DNA of 64,000 nt from Octopus vulgaris (taxonomy: Eukaryota), in the NCBI GenBank assembly GCA_951406725.2, contig OX597818.1, forward strand, positions 133,672,001-133,736,000, written 5' to 3'. The translations under genes and the position numbers were made by a program. The notes under the pieces are model-generated. The model did no database searches and was not told where the DNA came from. It saw only the letters and a list, made by a program, of their open reading frames with translations. Below are positions 15,576-27,894 of the stretch, in pieces. Each line of letters starts with the position of its first letter. The stretch's first letter is position 1.

Positions 15576-15964
15576 TACATGTTGGTTCACATATACTTCC
15601 ATATATATACTAATGCTTGGACAGATACACATACACACACACATATATATATATTCACATACATATACATATATATATATATGTGCGTGTGTGCGTGTGT
15701 GGTGTCGGTGGAGAGGACGACAGATGAGGTGGATAGAAGTAGGGCTTGCAGGGGCCGGTGGAAGACTGGAGGGCACATGTGTGGGGGGCGGGGAAGTGGT
15801 CAAGCAGGACGCACATGTGGCGATCAAGGAAGCGGGCAGTTAGAGCATAGATGAGGAAGTGACAGGACGTGTCGAATTTGTAAGAGACCTGATCTTCGCT
15901 GAGGTAAGACCTCTTTGTATTTCTTTCTCCTTCTCCTGTTGTCCTCTTCATCCATCACACTACA

Positions 15965-16020
<56 letters not shown>

Positions 16021-16109
16021 ATATATATATGTGTGTGTGTATATATATATGTGTGTGTGTTTATTATATATATATATATATATATGATAGAAAGGCCATT
16101 TAAAATGTG

Positions 16110-16308
16110 ACCGCGTGTGTATCATTGGCAATTTCTTTCCTCCATCTTCCCTTTCTTGGATCTTTCCTTTTCCTATGTTACTGATGAAGAGCTCCACTCG
16201 AAACATTAAAATCCTTCTTTCTTTCCTTTCCTGAGCATCCAATAACACTATACTTGTTCCAAGTCCTCGTGTTGTTGTGTTCTTTCTTTGTGTTTTCATG
16301 TTTGGTTA
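16110..16308 (+). mobile_element. PLE-type pLTR fragment with degenerate minimal hammerhead (16176-16212)
   Basis: CTGATGA-AGAG-CTCCA-CTC-GAAACATTA; homologous to the minus-strand copy at 31155-31280; flanked by (TA)n. Confidence 0.65.
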
Positions 16309-16318
16309 TATATATATG

Positions 16319-16349
<31 letters not shown>

Positions 16350-16610
16350 GTATGCATGATGTATATATACATATATATACGATGAAAATACATATATGAT
16401 GAATATATATACATATGATATATATATATGATATATATATATGTGTGTATATATATATATATATATGTATGTATGTACGCACCACCCCCCTGTCCAATGG
16501 ACGGTGCTGAGTTGTCAAACATTTAAACCAAATTTTCACAAAACAACATGTCCGACCGTCCCATAGGCCTCCCCCTTTGAGAAACACTGATTTAACCTAA
16601 ATTTGAGACA

Positions 16611-17153
16611 CTAGCAAAACAAGAAATAAAGATAGACTTTTTTCTATTCCAAAGAAAAACGATTTTATTCACACAATTATGCAACCAAAGAATTTAAAGT
16701 ATCAGTAATGATAAGGCTGTTGACTGGGAGAACACAAACATGGTTTAAACAGTAAGCTTGGCAGGAAAGAAACGTGCCTTTAAGCAGTACAAAAACAACA
16801 AAAAATGGAAGGTGCAGTTATGTACAGGTTGACAGAAGAAAAGCAGGACAAAAATGATGCATGCAAATGGGTTATCTGGAGGTAAGTCTAGATGGAAAAC
16901 CATGATGATATTTTTGTGCAAACTGCACATGCATTTTTCTCCCATTCGTGTAGTATCAATCACAACAGCTGATGTACTTGTGCATACAAATGCACATTCC
17001 CACGGCTTTATCGATCGCATTCTCACATGGAATAGACTTTTGTAACGTTTTCAAGACTTATACACGCCCTGATTTGAGCGCAATCAGATGGAGAATGCCC
17101 GAGATCCTAGAAGACACACACACAGACAGACAGAACGGATTTTATATAATAGA
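16611..17153 (-). mobile_element. Putative non-autonomous Helitron
   Basis: Minus strand starts A|TCTATTATATAAAA followed by (TCTG)n and ends CTAG|T at 16611; the subterminal hairpin is not evident. Confidence 0.5.
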
Positions 17154-17476
<323 letters not shown>

Positions 17477-17568
17477 TATTAATAATAGTAAAGAATATAA
17501 AATTCCAAACTTAAGGGAAAAATTCAATTTAGCAATACTAAATCAAATTTTACAATATATAATATATA

Positions 17569-17826
17569 TATATAATTAAGAGAAATAACCTCTATTAAGT
17601 AATTCAATTGATAGTGAAAGATATTATCTATATTGAATCATGTAGAAAAAATTTAAATATATTTAGATAAATATTATTCTAAAAATCACTAAATTATTAA
17701 ATTAAGTGATTTTTTGAATAATATTTATCATAATATATTTAAATTTTTTCTACATGATTCAATATAGATAATATCTTTCACTATCAATTGAATTACTTAA
17801 TAGAGATTATTTCTCTTAATTATATA
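17569..17826. repeat. Long palindrome 1 (arms about 120 bp, spacer about 14 bp)
   Basis: TAATTAAGAGAAATAA...AAAATCACT is mirrored by AGTGATTTT...TTATTTCTCTTAATTA with few mismatches. Confidence 0.95.
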
Positions 17827-17843
17827 CATGTAGTATATACATA

Positions 17844-17889
<46 letters not shown>

Positions 17890-18021
17890 TTCAGCAACAA
17901 TTTAGATTCAAATGAATATGGTACTTAATTTAGATACACCAGAATTTTGTATGGTGTTACCCATAAAAATATGTGGGGTGATTATAATCAAAAAATAATA
18001 AGCAACAAGAATGAATCCGGT

Positions 18022-18113
18022 AATTTAGTACAATTGTTTCATACTACAACATTTTATTAAAAGCTGTAAATATTACAGCATATTTAAGATGTTGAGTAAT
18101 CTTCAGCTAAATT
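18022..18113 (-). ncRNA. Hammerhead ribozyme motif in left arm of palindrome 2
   Basis: AATTTAG-CTGAAGA-T-TACTCAACAT...ATGTTGTAGTA-T-GAAAC-AATT-GTA-CTAAATT: 7-bp helix I, long helix II, palindromic loop III, GUA cleavage triplet. Confidence 0.75.
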
Positions 18114-18402
18114 TTATATAGGTTTTCCAATAATATAAAGTTTTCAAATCAATTAATAACATCTTAGGGAAGGTAAATATACAGATAAAGATGTAGATAT
18201 GAATCTTAGGAACGTGAGGTCGTGTAGTTCAGATGCTAACTGACCAAAACCTCCGTTGCAACCGAGGTCTTGGTCAGTTAGCATCTGAACTACACGACCT
18301 CACGTTCCTAAGATTCATATCTACATCTTAATCTGTATATTTACCTTCCCTAAGATGTTATTAATTGATTTGAGAACTTTATATTATTGGAAAACCTATA
18401 TA

Positions 18403-18493
18403 AATTAGCTGAAGATTACTTGGCATCTTAAATCTGCTGTAATATTTACAGCTTTTAATAAAATGTTGTAGTATGAAACAATTGTACTGAATC
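18403..18493 (+). ncRNA. Hammerhead ribozyme motif in right arm of palindrome 2
   Basis: TTAG-CTGAAGA...GAAAC-AATT-GTA-CTGA; mirror copy with a weaker helix I. Confidence 0.65.
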
Positions 18494-18539
18494 ACCGGAT
18501 TCATTCTTGTTGCTTATTATTTTTTGATATATATATATA

Positions 18540-18617
<78 letters not shown>

Positions 18618-18649
18618 TATTTATATATATATATGTATATATACACATA

Positions 18650-18714
<65 letters not shown>

Positions 18715-18771
18715 ATATATATATGTATATATAACTGTAAATGTAATATGTGACAATTATTCGGTAGCCAT

Positions 18772-18832
18772 GATAAAACTCCGAGTTTCGGATGCCAAGG
18801 TGGAAATCCACACCGCCATCTCTTCAGTTATC
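18772..18832 (-). ncRNA. Hammerhead ribozyme motif in left arm of palindrome 3
   Basis: GATAA-CTGAAGA-GATGGCGGTGTGGATTTCCACCTTGGCATCC-GAAACTC-G-GAGTT-TTATC: helix I GATAA/TTATC, helix II GATG/CATC plus GGTG/CACC, self-complementary helix III. Confidence 0.7.
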
Positions 18833-19173
18833 TGGCCATTGGAAAAAATGCTATGAATATGACCGTTATACAAAGGGAAATTACTGTGCGATTGACCGTT
18901 ATTAAGATAAAAGAGCTATTTGAATGACCGCTAAGTGAGGGGAGGGAGTAAAAGTAAGGAGGTAAAAAGTTCATAGTATTCGCATAATCGCGCTTGTGTA
19001 GGTATGAACATGCACACTTATGCGAATACTATGAAATTTTTTACCCCTTTACTTTTACTCCCTCCCCTCACTTAGCGGTCATTCAAATAGCTCTTTTGTC
19101 TTAATAACGGTCAATCGCACAGTAATTTCCCTTTGTATAACGGTCATATTCATAGCATTTTTTCTGATGGCTG

Positions 19174-19234
19174 GATAACTGAAGAGATGGCAGTGCGGAT
19201 CTCCACCTCAGCACCTGAAACTCAGAGTTTTATC
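19174..19234 (+). ncRNA. Hammerhead ribozyme motif in right arm of palindrome 3
   Basis: GATAA-CTGAAGA...GAAACTCAGAGTT-TTATC; helix II more decayed. Confidence 0.6.
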
Positions 19235-19362
19235 ATGGCTGCCAAATAATTGTCACATATTACATTTACAGATAAACTCCTCTATTTACATAATATCGAG
19301 GTCTCTTTCATATATATTTATATATATATAATCAAAATAAGCAACAAGGATATCCAGAGGTA

Positions 19363-19452
19363 ATGCAGTACGATCGTTTCATGCAACTCCATTTAGTTGA
19401 ACAATGCAAATATTACATCAGTTTTAAAATCTAGAGCAATCTTCAGCTGCAT
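19363..19452 (-). ncRNA. Hammerhead ribozyme motif in a diverged homologue of the palindrome-2 arm (19331-19455)
   Basis: ATGCAG-CTGAAGA-TTGC...GCAT-GAAAC-GATC-GTA-CTGCAT; helix I and loop III differ from 18022-18113 but keep pairing and palindromy. Confidence 0.75.
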
Positions 19453-19722
19453 AAAAATATAGAATTTAGTTAAATTCAAAGGGTTCATTTGTATAGTTAT
19501 TCTATTCACCAAAACCACAAAGAGGATAAGTAGATAGACAAAGGACATGTTTCAACAACATCATAGTTGTAACTGATATTTTTACACAGGAAGACACTGC
19601 TTATCATTGATTTTAATTTGTTATTCAGATTTACTACCATGGGGGGAGGGGTTTAGCTCCAATTTATAGACTAGTTTATCAAGTCTAATGGAAACTAGAA
19701 TCTATCCATAAAAGATAGGGTA

Positions 19723-20025
19723 AAAATACAAAAAATAAACAACCACAATTCATCTTTTAGAGATAAACATAAGGCAAGTTGCACAACATTGTCCAATACA
19801 ATTTGGGAGTTAAAAGAAAAGAAAATTATATTTAGCCTTAAATGGGACATAGTAAGAAAGGCACAACCTTATAAAAATAGTAGATATGGATGTGAGCTTT
19901 GCTCTATGGAGATATATGAAATTTTGAAACATAGGGATAATGTAAACTTATTAAATAACCATTTTGAACAAGGAGTATCGTGTATACATTGTACTACCCG
20001 TATTTTTAGATATTTAAAAAAATAG
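19723..20025 (+). pseudogene. Penelope-like element GIY-YIG endonuclease, C-terminal half (5'-truncated)
   Basis: Open frame NNHNSSFRDKHKASCTTLSNTIWELKEKKIIFSLKWDIVRKAQPYKNSRYGCELCSMEIYEIL...LLNNHFEQGVSCIH matches the PLE pattern NHxxSF...TxLSxxIWxLK...W.I...CxLC..E...LLN...CxH. Confidence 0.85.
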
Positions 20026-20393
20026 CATTCTGTTATCCCTAAATTTTAGATCTTAATGTTTTTTTTTAAATCTATAAGGAAATAGCAGACCCTATTATAT
20101 TTTATTATTTAATCAGCAATAGTTACTAAGAAATTAAATTTAATTTAATAACATAAGCAAATTGAATAAAGTTGAATAATTTCTTTTTAATTTCTAAAAT
20201 TATTACAAAAATTCTATATATCTAATGAAGTCATTAAGTTGTATACTTACTCCACAATAAGTTTTAAAGAATTGGTAATTTTCATATCCATTTCTGCGAG
20301 AATTCTACTCTACCTAATCCTTTTCGATATTATAAATATTACCGCTAATAAGCCTAAATTATTATTCCCCATATAACCACACTTCACTCTTAA

Positions 20394-20683
20394 TCTTTAT
20401 ATATAAAACTGAAGTTGTGTGAGAGTCTGTCTCCTCCGAATTAGATTCCTAACTACTCCCACATTTTGCTGTGCAGTTTAACCAAAAGTGGGTATCTTAT
20501 AGTCGTGATTCATATAGAGCCCTTCTGGGTATTAGCGCACGTCTACGATTTAAAAAAAAATTTACCATCATTTTTTCGGATTTTTCATGCATTTTTTTAC
20601 TCAGTTTATATAAGTAACTCTCTAAAAATGCTTATATAGTTATTTCCCTTACAAACCCGAGCAACGCCGGGCAATACTCCTAG
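20394..20683 (+). mobile_element. Non-autonomous Helitron, copy 1
   Basis: A|TCTTTATATATAAAA 5' end; 3' hairpin CCCG-AGCAACGC-CGGG then CTAG|T; inserted at an AT dinucleotide, no TSD. Confidence 0.85.
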
Positions 20684-21103
20684 TACAAAATATAGGATTT
20701 CCATATAAATAAATAATTCTATTTTCATTTTTTTTAAAGTTACATTTTGGTTACCTCCCTTCCATTGTATTTTAAAGATTTTGGTATGTTAGTCAATTAA
20801 TGCCTTATTTACTGAGAATCTCCTCTTAAAAAGATATTCCAAATCTCCTTAATTAATATTTATAACCCGATAAAAAATAGATAATAATATCTAAATTACT
20901 CGGTTTCTGTTTCTCTAAAACAACTCTACCCTCATGATCTTTGTATGTATTAGTAAGCTTTATACAAATAGATTATAAATATATAAGTAAATAACATTTT
21001 ATAAGTACCAATTAATAATTATAAATTATCATATAAGGAATAATAATAGCATTTTCTTAAATCTATAATAAAACCCAAAATTTTATAAAAGTTTTATTAA
21101 TAA

Positions 21104-21495
21104 CTAGCAGTATCGCCCGACGTTGCTCGGGTTTGTAAGGGAAATAATTATATAAGCATTTTTAGAGATGTAAAGTATAATAGCCATCTCAATATAGCTA
21201 ACCACAAAGTGGGGTGTTACTGTAGCTTTTTACGTTCTGAGATTTAATAATACATTTTTAGAGAGTTACTTCCCTTATATAATAGCAAAAAATGCATTAA
21301 AAATGGGAAAAAATTATGGTAAATTTTTTTAAATCGTAGACTCATCGTAGATGCGCGCTAATACCCAGAAGGGCTCAATATGAATCACGACTATAAGATA
21401 CGTGCTTTTGGTTACACTGCACCGCAAAATGTGGGAGCAGTTAGGAATCTAAATCATAGAAGACAGACACACAACTTCACTTTTATATATAAAGA
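21104..21495 (-). mobile_element. Non-autonomous Helitron, copy 2 (longer, inverted)
   Basis: Same termini as copy 1 on the minus strand with about 100 bp more internal sequence. Confidence 0.85.
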
Positions 21496-21789
21496 TATAA
21501 TTTTTGCCCAATAACTTGATCATCTCTTTATCCAGTATTAAACACTAGTCATTTATGGATATTCTCATGATAAGTAAATAAAAATTTTAGTTTAAAAATT
21601 ATAGAATTATAAGAAAATTTCTTCTAACAACTTACCTTAGCTATTAATATAAATAAGCGAGGTCTGCTTTCTATGCTGACATAGGTTGGACGGTTTGACT
21701 GAGGACTGACAAGCGAGGAGGCTGCACAGGGCTTCAATCTGATCTGGCAAGGCTTCTACAGCTGGATGACCTTCTGTAGAATATCCTTT

Positions 21790-22350
21790 ATATTATTCAC
21801 TCACTCCCTATCTCCAATCCCTATCTCCAACCATCACTCACTCTCTCATTTACTCTTGTAGCCTCTACTCATCCACACTTCATACCCTCCTGTCCTCACA
21901 CACTTCTATGCATCCCATATTTTGAGGGCTCCCTGACACTTCATCACCAATATCTTTTTTAACTCTTTCCAGCACCTTAAGAACTTACTCCCACCTTCTC
22001 TTCTATAATGTGAGTAGCTGTATAGCTCCTCTACAGCAAAGAAAAACCTGTTCTGTTCTGGAGTTTTCTCTCTCACTTCTCCCTCATCTCATAGCATCAA
22101 GTCACCTCCCTCTCTACTCTAGCCCCACTCAGTCGAAGGGGATTTTAATCTTGCAAGCTACATAGTGACAGCATTAGTGTTAGAGCCATGAAGAAAAGCA
22201 CCCATTTACATGCTGTAAAACGGTTGACATTAGGACAGGCATCCAACTGTGGAAACCATGCCAAAGCAGTCATTGAAGCACTATGCAGGTTATGAACTTG
22301 TCATCATGATAATGATGATGACGATGACAATGGCAACAATGACAACAACA
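21790..22350 (+). mobile_element. Old RTE-type LINE 3' UTR (C/T-rich)
   Basis: Ends with the family-E motif (GGTTGACATTAGGACAGGCATCCAACTGTGGAAACC) and a (GAT)n tail; similar to 52560-53580. Confidence 0.55.
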
Positions 22351-22624
22351 TTCAAGAGTACCAAGTAACAAAAAGCAGAAAATGCATTACAAGTTGACAA
22401 AACCCATTGATCCTTTCAGAGTTGATCAACTAAGTAGTGTCTTTACAATTACCTGAAGCCTGCAAGCATTGAGTGTGTCTATTGAACAAAAAGGAAAAGA
22501 CTTATATGTTCTTGTAGATGATAGAAAACCAGATTGAATGCTACACAGCATTTAATCATTCTGAGTTCAAATCACAACAGATCTGCTTTTCTTTTACGTT
22601 CCTTTGAAGTCAGAACGAAATACC

Positions 22625-22851
22625 TATTTCTTTACTACCCACAAGGGGCTAAACATAGAGGGGACAAACAAGGACAGACAGATGGATTAAGTCGATTACA
22701 TCGACCCCAGTGTGTAACTGGTACTTAATTTATCGACCCCGAAAGGATGAAAGGCAAAGTCGACCTCGGTGGAATTTGAACTCAGAACGTAACGGCAGAC
22801 GAAATACGGCTATGCATTTCGCCCGGTGTGCTAATGTTTCTGCCAGCTCAC
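22625..22851 (-). mobile_element. SINE family D (Deu/Nin-domain-like), near full length
   Basis: Minus strand has B box GAGTTCAAATTCC then GCCTTTCATCCTTTCGGGGTCGATAAATTAAGTACCAG, resembling the Deu/Nin core. Other copies: 48973-49160, 50123-50300, 62367-62532 (-); 37690-37900, 42160-42390, 43575-43810, 47345-47480 (+). Confidence 0.85.
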
Positions 22852-23414
22852 AGCCTCATAAGTAAAAACAAATATCACTAGTCGTATGCTTGGATAATCT
22901 CAAGCCAAGGAAGTGGCAGATACCTTATGCATGATGTATTTAATATAGAGTATATTGTTGCATGCCACAGTCAGAGCTAAAATCTAGATTCTGTATTTTT
23001 CAGCATATAAGTCAAATTTTTCAAACCAAAATTAACAGCCAAAAGAGGTAGGTGAACTTTTATTTCAAAACAACTTTGGAAAACCACGGCAGGATTTGGA
23101 AAGATAGTGATGTTTGAATTTGACACTACATGTATAACATTATATACTACAATTACTTGTATACCAGAAAATACAGCATTTATTCCTGATAGTGAGGTGA
23201 ACTGAAGACTGTATAGAATAAAATATTTTGTTCAAAAACCTTATGAGATGCTATCAATTGTTATGCACTTATGTTCCATTGGCATATGGTCAAATATCAC
23301 AACTACTAAGCTATTTCTACAATGCTACACTCTAAAAAGGCTATCTTGGCTTGATATAAGCAAAAGAAAAAAAAAAAAACAAAAGACAAGTTATAAAAAT
23401 AAACAAGTACAATG

Positions 23415-23433
23415 CATATACACACACATACAT

Positions 23434-23468
<35 letters not shown>

Positions 23469-23628
23469 TGTGCATATATATATACATACATATATATATA
23501 CATACATATATATATATATGTATGTATATATATATGTATGTATATATATATATATATGTATGTATATATATATATATGTATGTATATATATATATGTATA
23601 TATATATGTATGTATATATATATGTATG

Positions 23629-23661
<33 letters not shown>

Positions 23662-23742
23662 GTATGTATGTATATATATATATGTATGTATATATATGTG
23701 TGTGTATGTGTGTATGTGTGTGTATATATGTATATATCTATG

Positions 23743-23774
<32 letters not shown>

Positions 23775-23865
23775 TATATACATATATATATATATATACA
23801 CACACACTCTCACATACATATATCATATATACATGTATACACACATATACACACACACACACACA
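23415..23865. repeat. Compound (TA)/(TATG)/(CA) microsatellite
   Basis: Seen directly. Confidence 0.95.
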
Positions 23866-24324
23866 ACGGATAAAAGTCATTTTAATTTGTACATCTGTGT
23901 ACGGCATAAATATATCATGAAACAATTTGATTAGAACCGAGGAAATATTCAACTATGGCAACATAAACTTACTCCTGTCATTAAAATGTCTTAGAAAACT
24001 GCAGTAAATATCTTACAGCATCTTTGGCAAATAAGAAATAAGTTAAGCTAGATAAACAAGTGTGTACAAAAGAAAGGTCATGAATTAACTGCTTGTTTTC
24101 AGAAGCATAAACTGATGCTTATTGGCATTTCTCTAACAAAGTGTTATATACAGTTAATGACTTTTAAAAGGTGTGCATGTGTCTGCATGAGAGTGAGGAA
24201 AAAGTAAACCTGCTTTAAACTAAAAATATATCAAGAATAAGAATTACTTAATTAACCTTGCTCCAAGATATACACGAACACGTTCTCAATAATTCACAGG
24301 CATTTTGAATATATACATAACATC

Positions 24325-24339
24325 ATATATATATACATA

Positions 24340-24416
<77 letters not shown>

Positions 24417-24441
24417 TAGAGATAGGTGATGGATAAACAGC

Positions 24442-24482
<41 letters not shown>

Positions 24483-24770
24483 GGATGGATAGATAGATAG
24501 ACAGATAGATAGGTAAAGTATGGATGAATGCATGTATGTGCATGTGTGAGTATGTGTGTGCATATATTTGTGTGTGTGTGTGTTTTATGTATGTATGTAT
24601 GTATGCATGTGTGTGTGTGTGTATGTGTGTATGTACGTATGTATGTATTTATGTATGTATGTATGTATGTATGTACGTATGTATGTATGTATGTATGTAT
24701 GTATGTATTTATGTATGTATGTATGTATGTACGTATGTATGTATGTATGCATGTAGGTGCGCTTGTGTGT
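24325..24770. repeat. Compound (TA)/(GATA)/(TATG) microsatellite
   Basis: Seen directly. Confidence 0.95.
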
Positions 24771-24892
24771 GTTTTAATATTTCAAATGATGGGAAAAGGC
24801 AGCATCAAAATTTATCTACAACCATGCAACTGCAATCATAACAACAAGAAAATATTATTGTAAAATGGAATTGTTTAATCAAAAGACATTCG

Positions 24893-25529
24893 TTAACCCA
24901 TTTGTTACTTTATTTCTAACTATATATATTGAGTATACTGTTTTACTTGTTTCAGTCATTTGACTGCGGCCATGCTGGAGCACCGCCTTTAGTCGAGGAA
25001 AATCGACCCTGGGACTTATTCTTTGTAAGCTCAGTACTTATTCTATCGGTCTCTTTTGCCGAACCGCTAAGTGACGGGGATGTAAACACACCAGCATCGG
25101 TTGTCAAGCAATGCTAGGGGGACAAACATAGACACACAAACATATACACACACATACATATATATATATACATATATACAACAGGCTTCTTTCAGTTTCC
25201 GTCTACCAAATCCACTCACAAGGCATTGGTCGGCCCGGGGCTATAGCAGAAGACACTTGCCCAAGATGCCACGCAGTGGGACTGAACCCGGAACCATGTG
25301 GTTGGTTAGCAAGCTACTTACCACACAGCCACTCCTGCGCCTATATGTTTATAATTAAATTTGAAAATAATCAGGAATTTGGGGGGGGGTTAAGCAAATT
25401 AACAAACTTTTCATTATTAAGCCAGTGTTGGGAGTATAACAAAAAAGTTTTTATACAAAATTGTGGTGGAAGGTTTTAAATTACATTTGCACACGTTCGT
25501 ATCAGGAAGGTTGATATCAAAGGGATTAA
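24893..25529. mobile_element. Old TTAA-type (piggyBac-like) MITE interrupted by a SINE
   Basis: Left TTAACCCATTTGTTAC resembles the reverse complement of the terminus at 870-885; right GATATCAAAGGGATTAA. Confidence 0.5.
24936..25342 (-). mobile_element. SINE family A, full length
   Basis: Head AGGCGCAGGAGTGGCTGTGTGGTAAG (A box) and GGGTTCAGTCCC (B box); internal (TA)/(TG) tract; near-identical to 30726 and 47632 copies. Confidence 0.92.
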
Positions 25530-25934
25530 TAAAATGTCCAGTGACTGTTTAATGAAGAGTTACATTTCATAACATTTTGAAATTTCAAGAAATTTCTAGT
25601 TTTTAAAACAAACAAATATACAGAGATATCTGTATTTTTTAAGATAGCCTCCAGGCTTTTACTCAAAAAATTAGAAATGTTATAAATGTTAGAATGTATG
25701 TATGCATGTACAAACACATGAATGTAAGTATTTGTGAAATGTATGTATGTATATATGTATACATACGTGTGTATGTGCATATGTATGTGTGTGTGTGTGT
25801 GTGTGTGAGTGTGTGTGTGTGTGTGTTTGTGCATGTATAATGGCTCCCCAGACCCCAGTTGAACCATCCAACCCATGCTAGCATGGAAAATGGACGTTAA
25901 ACGATGATGATGATGATGATGATATTATGTATTT

Positions 25935-26350
25935 AGGTGCAGACATGGCTGTGTTATAAGAAGCTTGCTTCTCAACCACTTGGTTCCAGGTTCAGTCCCA
26001 CCTCATAGCATCTTGGGTAAGTGCCTTCTACTCTAGTCTTGTGAGTGGATTTGGTAGACAGAAACTGAAAAAAGCCCATCATATGTGTGTGGGGGGATGT
26101 GTGTGTGTGTGTATGTATATATCTATGTGTGAGTGTCTTTAGGTCTGTGTTTGTCCCCTTATCACCACTTGACAACTGGTATTGGTGTGTTTTCATCCCC
26201 ATAACTTAGCAGTTCAACAAAAGAGACTGAAGGAATAAGTACTAAGCTTAAGAAATAAATCCCGAGGTTGATTTGTTTGACTAAAACCCTTCGAGGCAGT
26301 GCTCCAGCATGGCTGCAGTCAAACGACTGAAATAAGTAAAATAATAAAAG
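25935..26350 (+). mobile_element. SINE family A, older subfamily
   Basis: Colinear with 30726-31136 but more diverged. Confidence 0.85.
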
Positions 26351-27894
26351 GATATATATATATGTAGACATACATATATATAAACATACACACATATATG
26401 TGTGTGTATGTGTGTTTATGTATATACACACACATTCATACATTTATATACACATATACATTCACTTACAGACAGATACAGACACATACATACATAAATA
26501 TATGGATGTGTGTGTTGGTTTAAGTCAGGCAGCTACATAGAAGCTCCCTCATTTGTGTATACACTCAGATAAACACTTAGGAATCTACATGAGAAAGTCT
26601 TAAAAATTAAATAAAGATAAACGGACATGGTATAAGAATTTATTCAGGTGTATGATTGATTTAAAATTTATAGAAATTAGGGGAAAACATTTTATCGTAA
26701 CTTGCATGTGGCTTATGGAGTAGCATAAGAGAATGTCAGATATAATGCTTTGCCATATTTTGCATACAAATGTCTCCAAAATGTAACATCTGATATAGCC
26801 TTGAATTCAACACAAAGCTATGACCAACAAAATCTAACTGACATTGAGCAATGATAGTAAAGATTGGGTGGAATGCCTCCATAAATCTACCCTTTGATCC
26901 TGTGCTCATGACATGTGATGTTCTGTGTTCTTATGGGAATCATTGTGATCCAATCAAGTACTAGGATTCATTTATCTGACAGTATATTTCACTAAAATTT
27001 GTTGTCTTGCATCTGTAGGAAATTATTTAGTAGAATGCTGAACTAAATGCTGTTACAGAATTTAGTTTAATCTCTCTACAATCTGAGCTGAAATGTCACC
27101 TATGATGTCATCTAGGTATTTCATATGGATTTATGAAAGCCAAGTTTTGCATTAAAGAGACAGAGAGAAGGGCTGAAAGCATCGGAAAAGGTGATGTCAC
27201 TATTGCAGTAATAAACATATAAAGTTCTGCTAAGTATAGAGTTCTAAGAAGTACAAGTTAAGCTGCTTAGAATTTACATCCTGATTTTATGTGGAGAAAT
27301 TTTTTTTTTAATTCTTTTTCTTTTGTTTGGAGGAAGGGCTTAAAGATTTGGGCCATGAATGTGAAAGATCTATGAAGACGAGCAAAGGAATTGTATATCA
27401 GTTGGATGCTAAAGTGTAAGGTGGTGGATAAGTAAAACAATAAAGTTACTAGACATTGATACTATTAGTCAATGTATGCAGAAGCAGTGACTGGATGCTT
27501 TGGTTTGTACAGGTGATGTAAACAGATAAAAGTAACTGTGAAGAAATAGATACTGTATGCTGATACTGCATGAAACCAGTGGTAGAGGAAGACCAAAGAA
27601 ATGTGAAAAATCAGGGTGAGGTCGAAACATGGCTCTCGTTGCCTCAAAGAAGATATGATATAGGATTTAGTAGAGCGGGGATAAAAGCTGTACTGCAAAC
27701 CTAGCCAAATCAGAGAAAAAGGAGGAAATGGTTTGTGGTGGTGGGTAGGGAGGCTGCTGCTGATTACAAAGGTTACATAACTTCTTACATTGCAGTTGTA
27801 TAAATGGACTCTCTGGTCAAATTTGATGGGCAAATGTTCCACTTGTTCTACCGATAAGGTTGTCAACTCTTTATAGTGTAATTACAGTTTAAAT

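Larger units (their letters stand above)
17987..18528. repeat. Long palindrome 2 (arms about 270 bp, no spacer; centre TTG|CAA at 18258/18259)
   Basis: ATCAAAAAATAATAAGCAACAAG...TGACCAAAACCTCCGTTG is mirrored by CAACCGAGGTCTTGGTCA...CTTGTTGCTTATTATTTTTTGAT. Confidence 0.97.
18735..19271. repeat. Long palindrome 3 (arms about 250 bp, spacer about 30 bp)
   Basis: CTGTAAATGTAATATGTGAC...GTATTCGCATAA is mirrored by TTATGCGAATAC...GTCACATATTACATTTACAG. Confidence 0.97.

Noticed and set aside
15655-15951. GC-rich ORFs on both strands
   Set aside because: Short GC-rich block bounded by microsatellites; no identifiable domain; probably a retroelement fragment I cannot classify.
17569-17826. Hammerhead within palindrome 1
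   Set aside because: No CUGANGA core on either strand; its PLE origin is only inferred from context.
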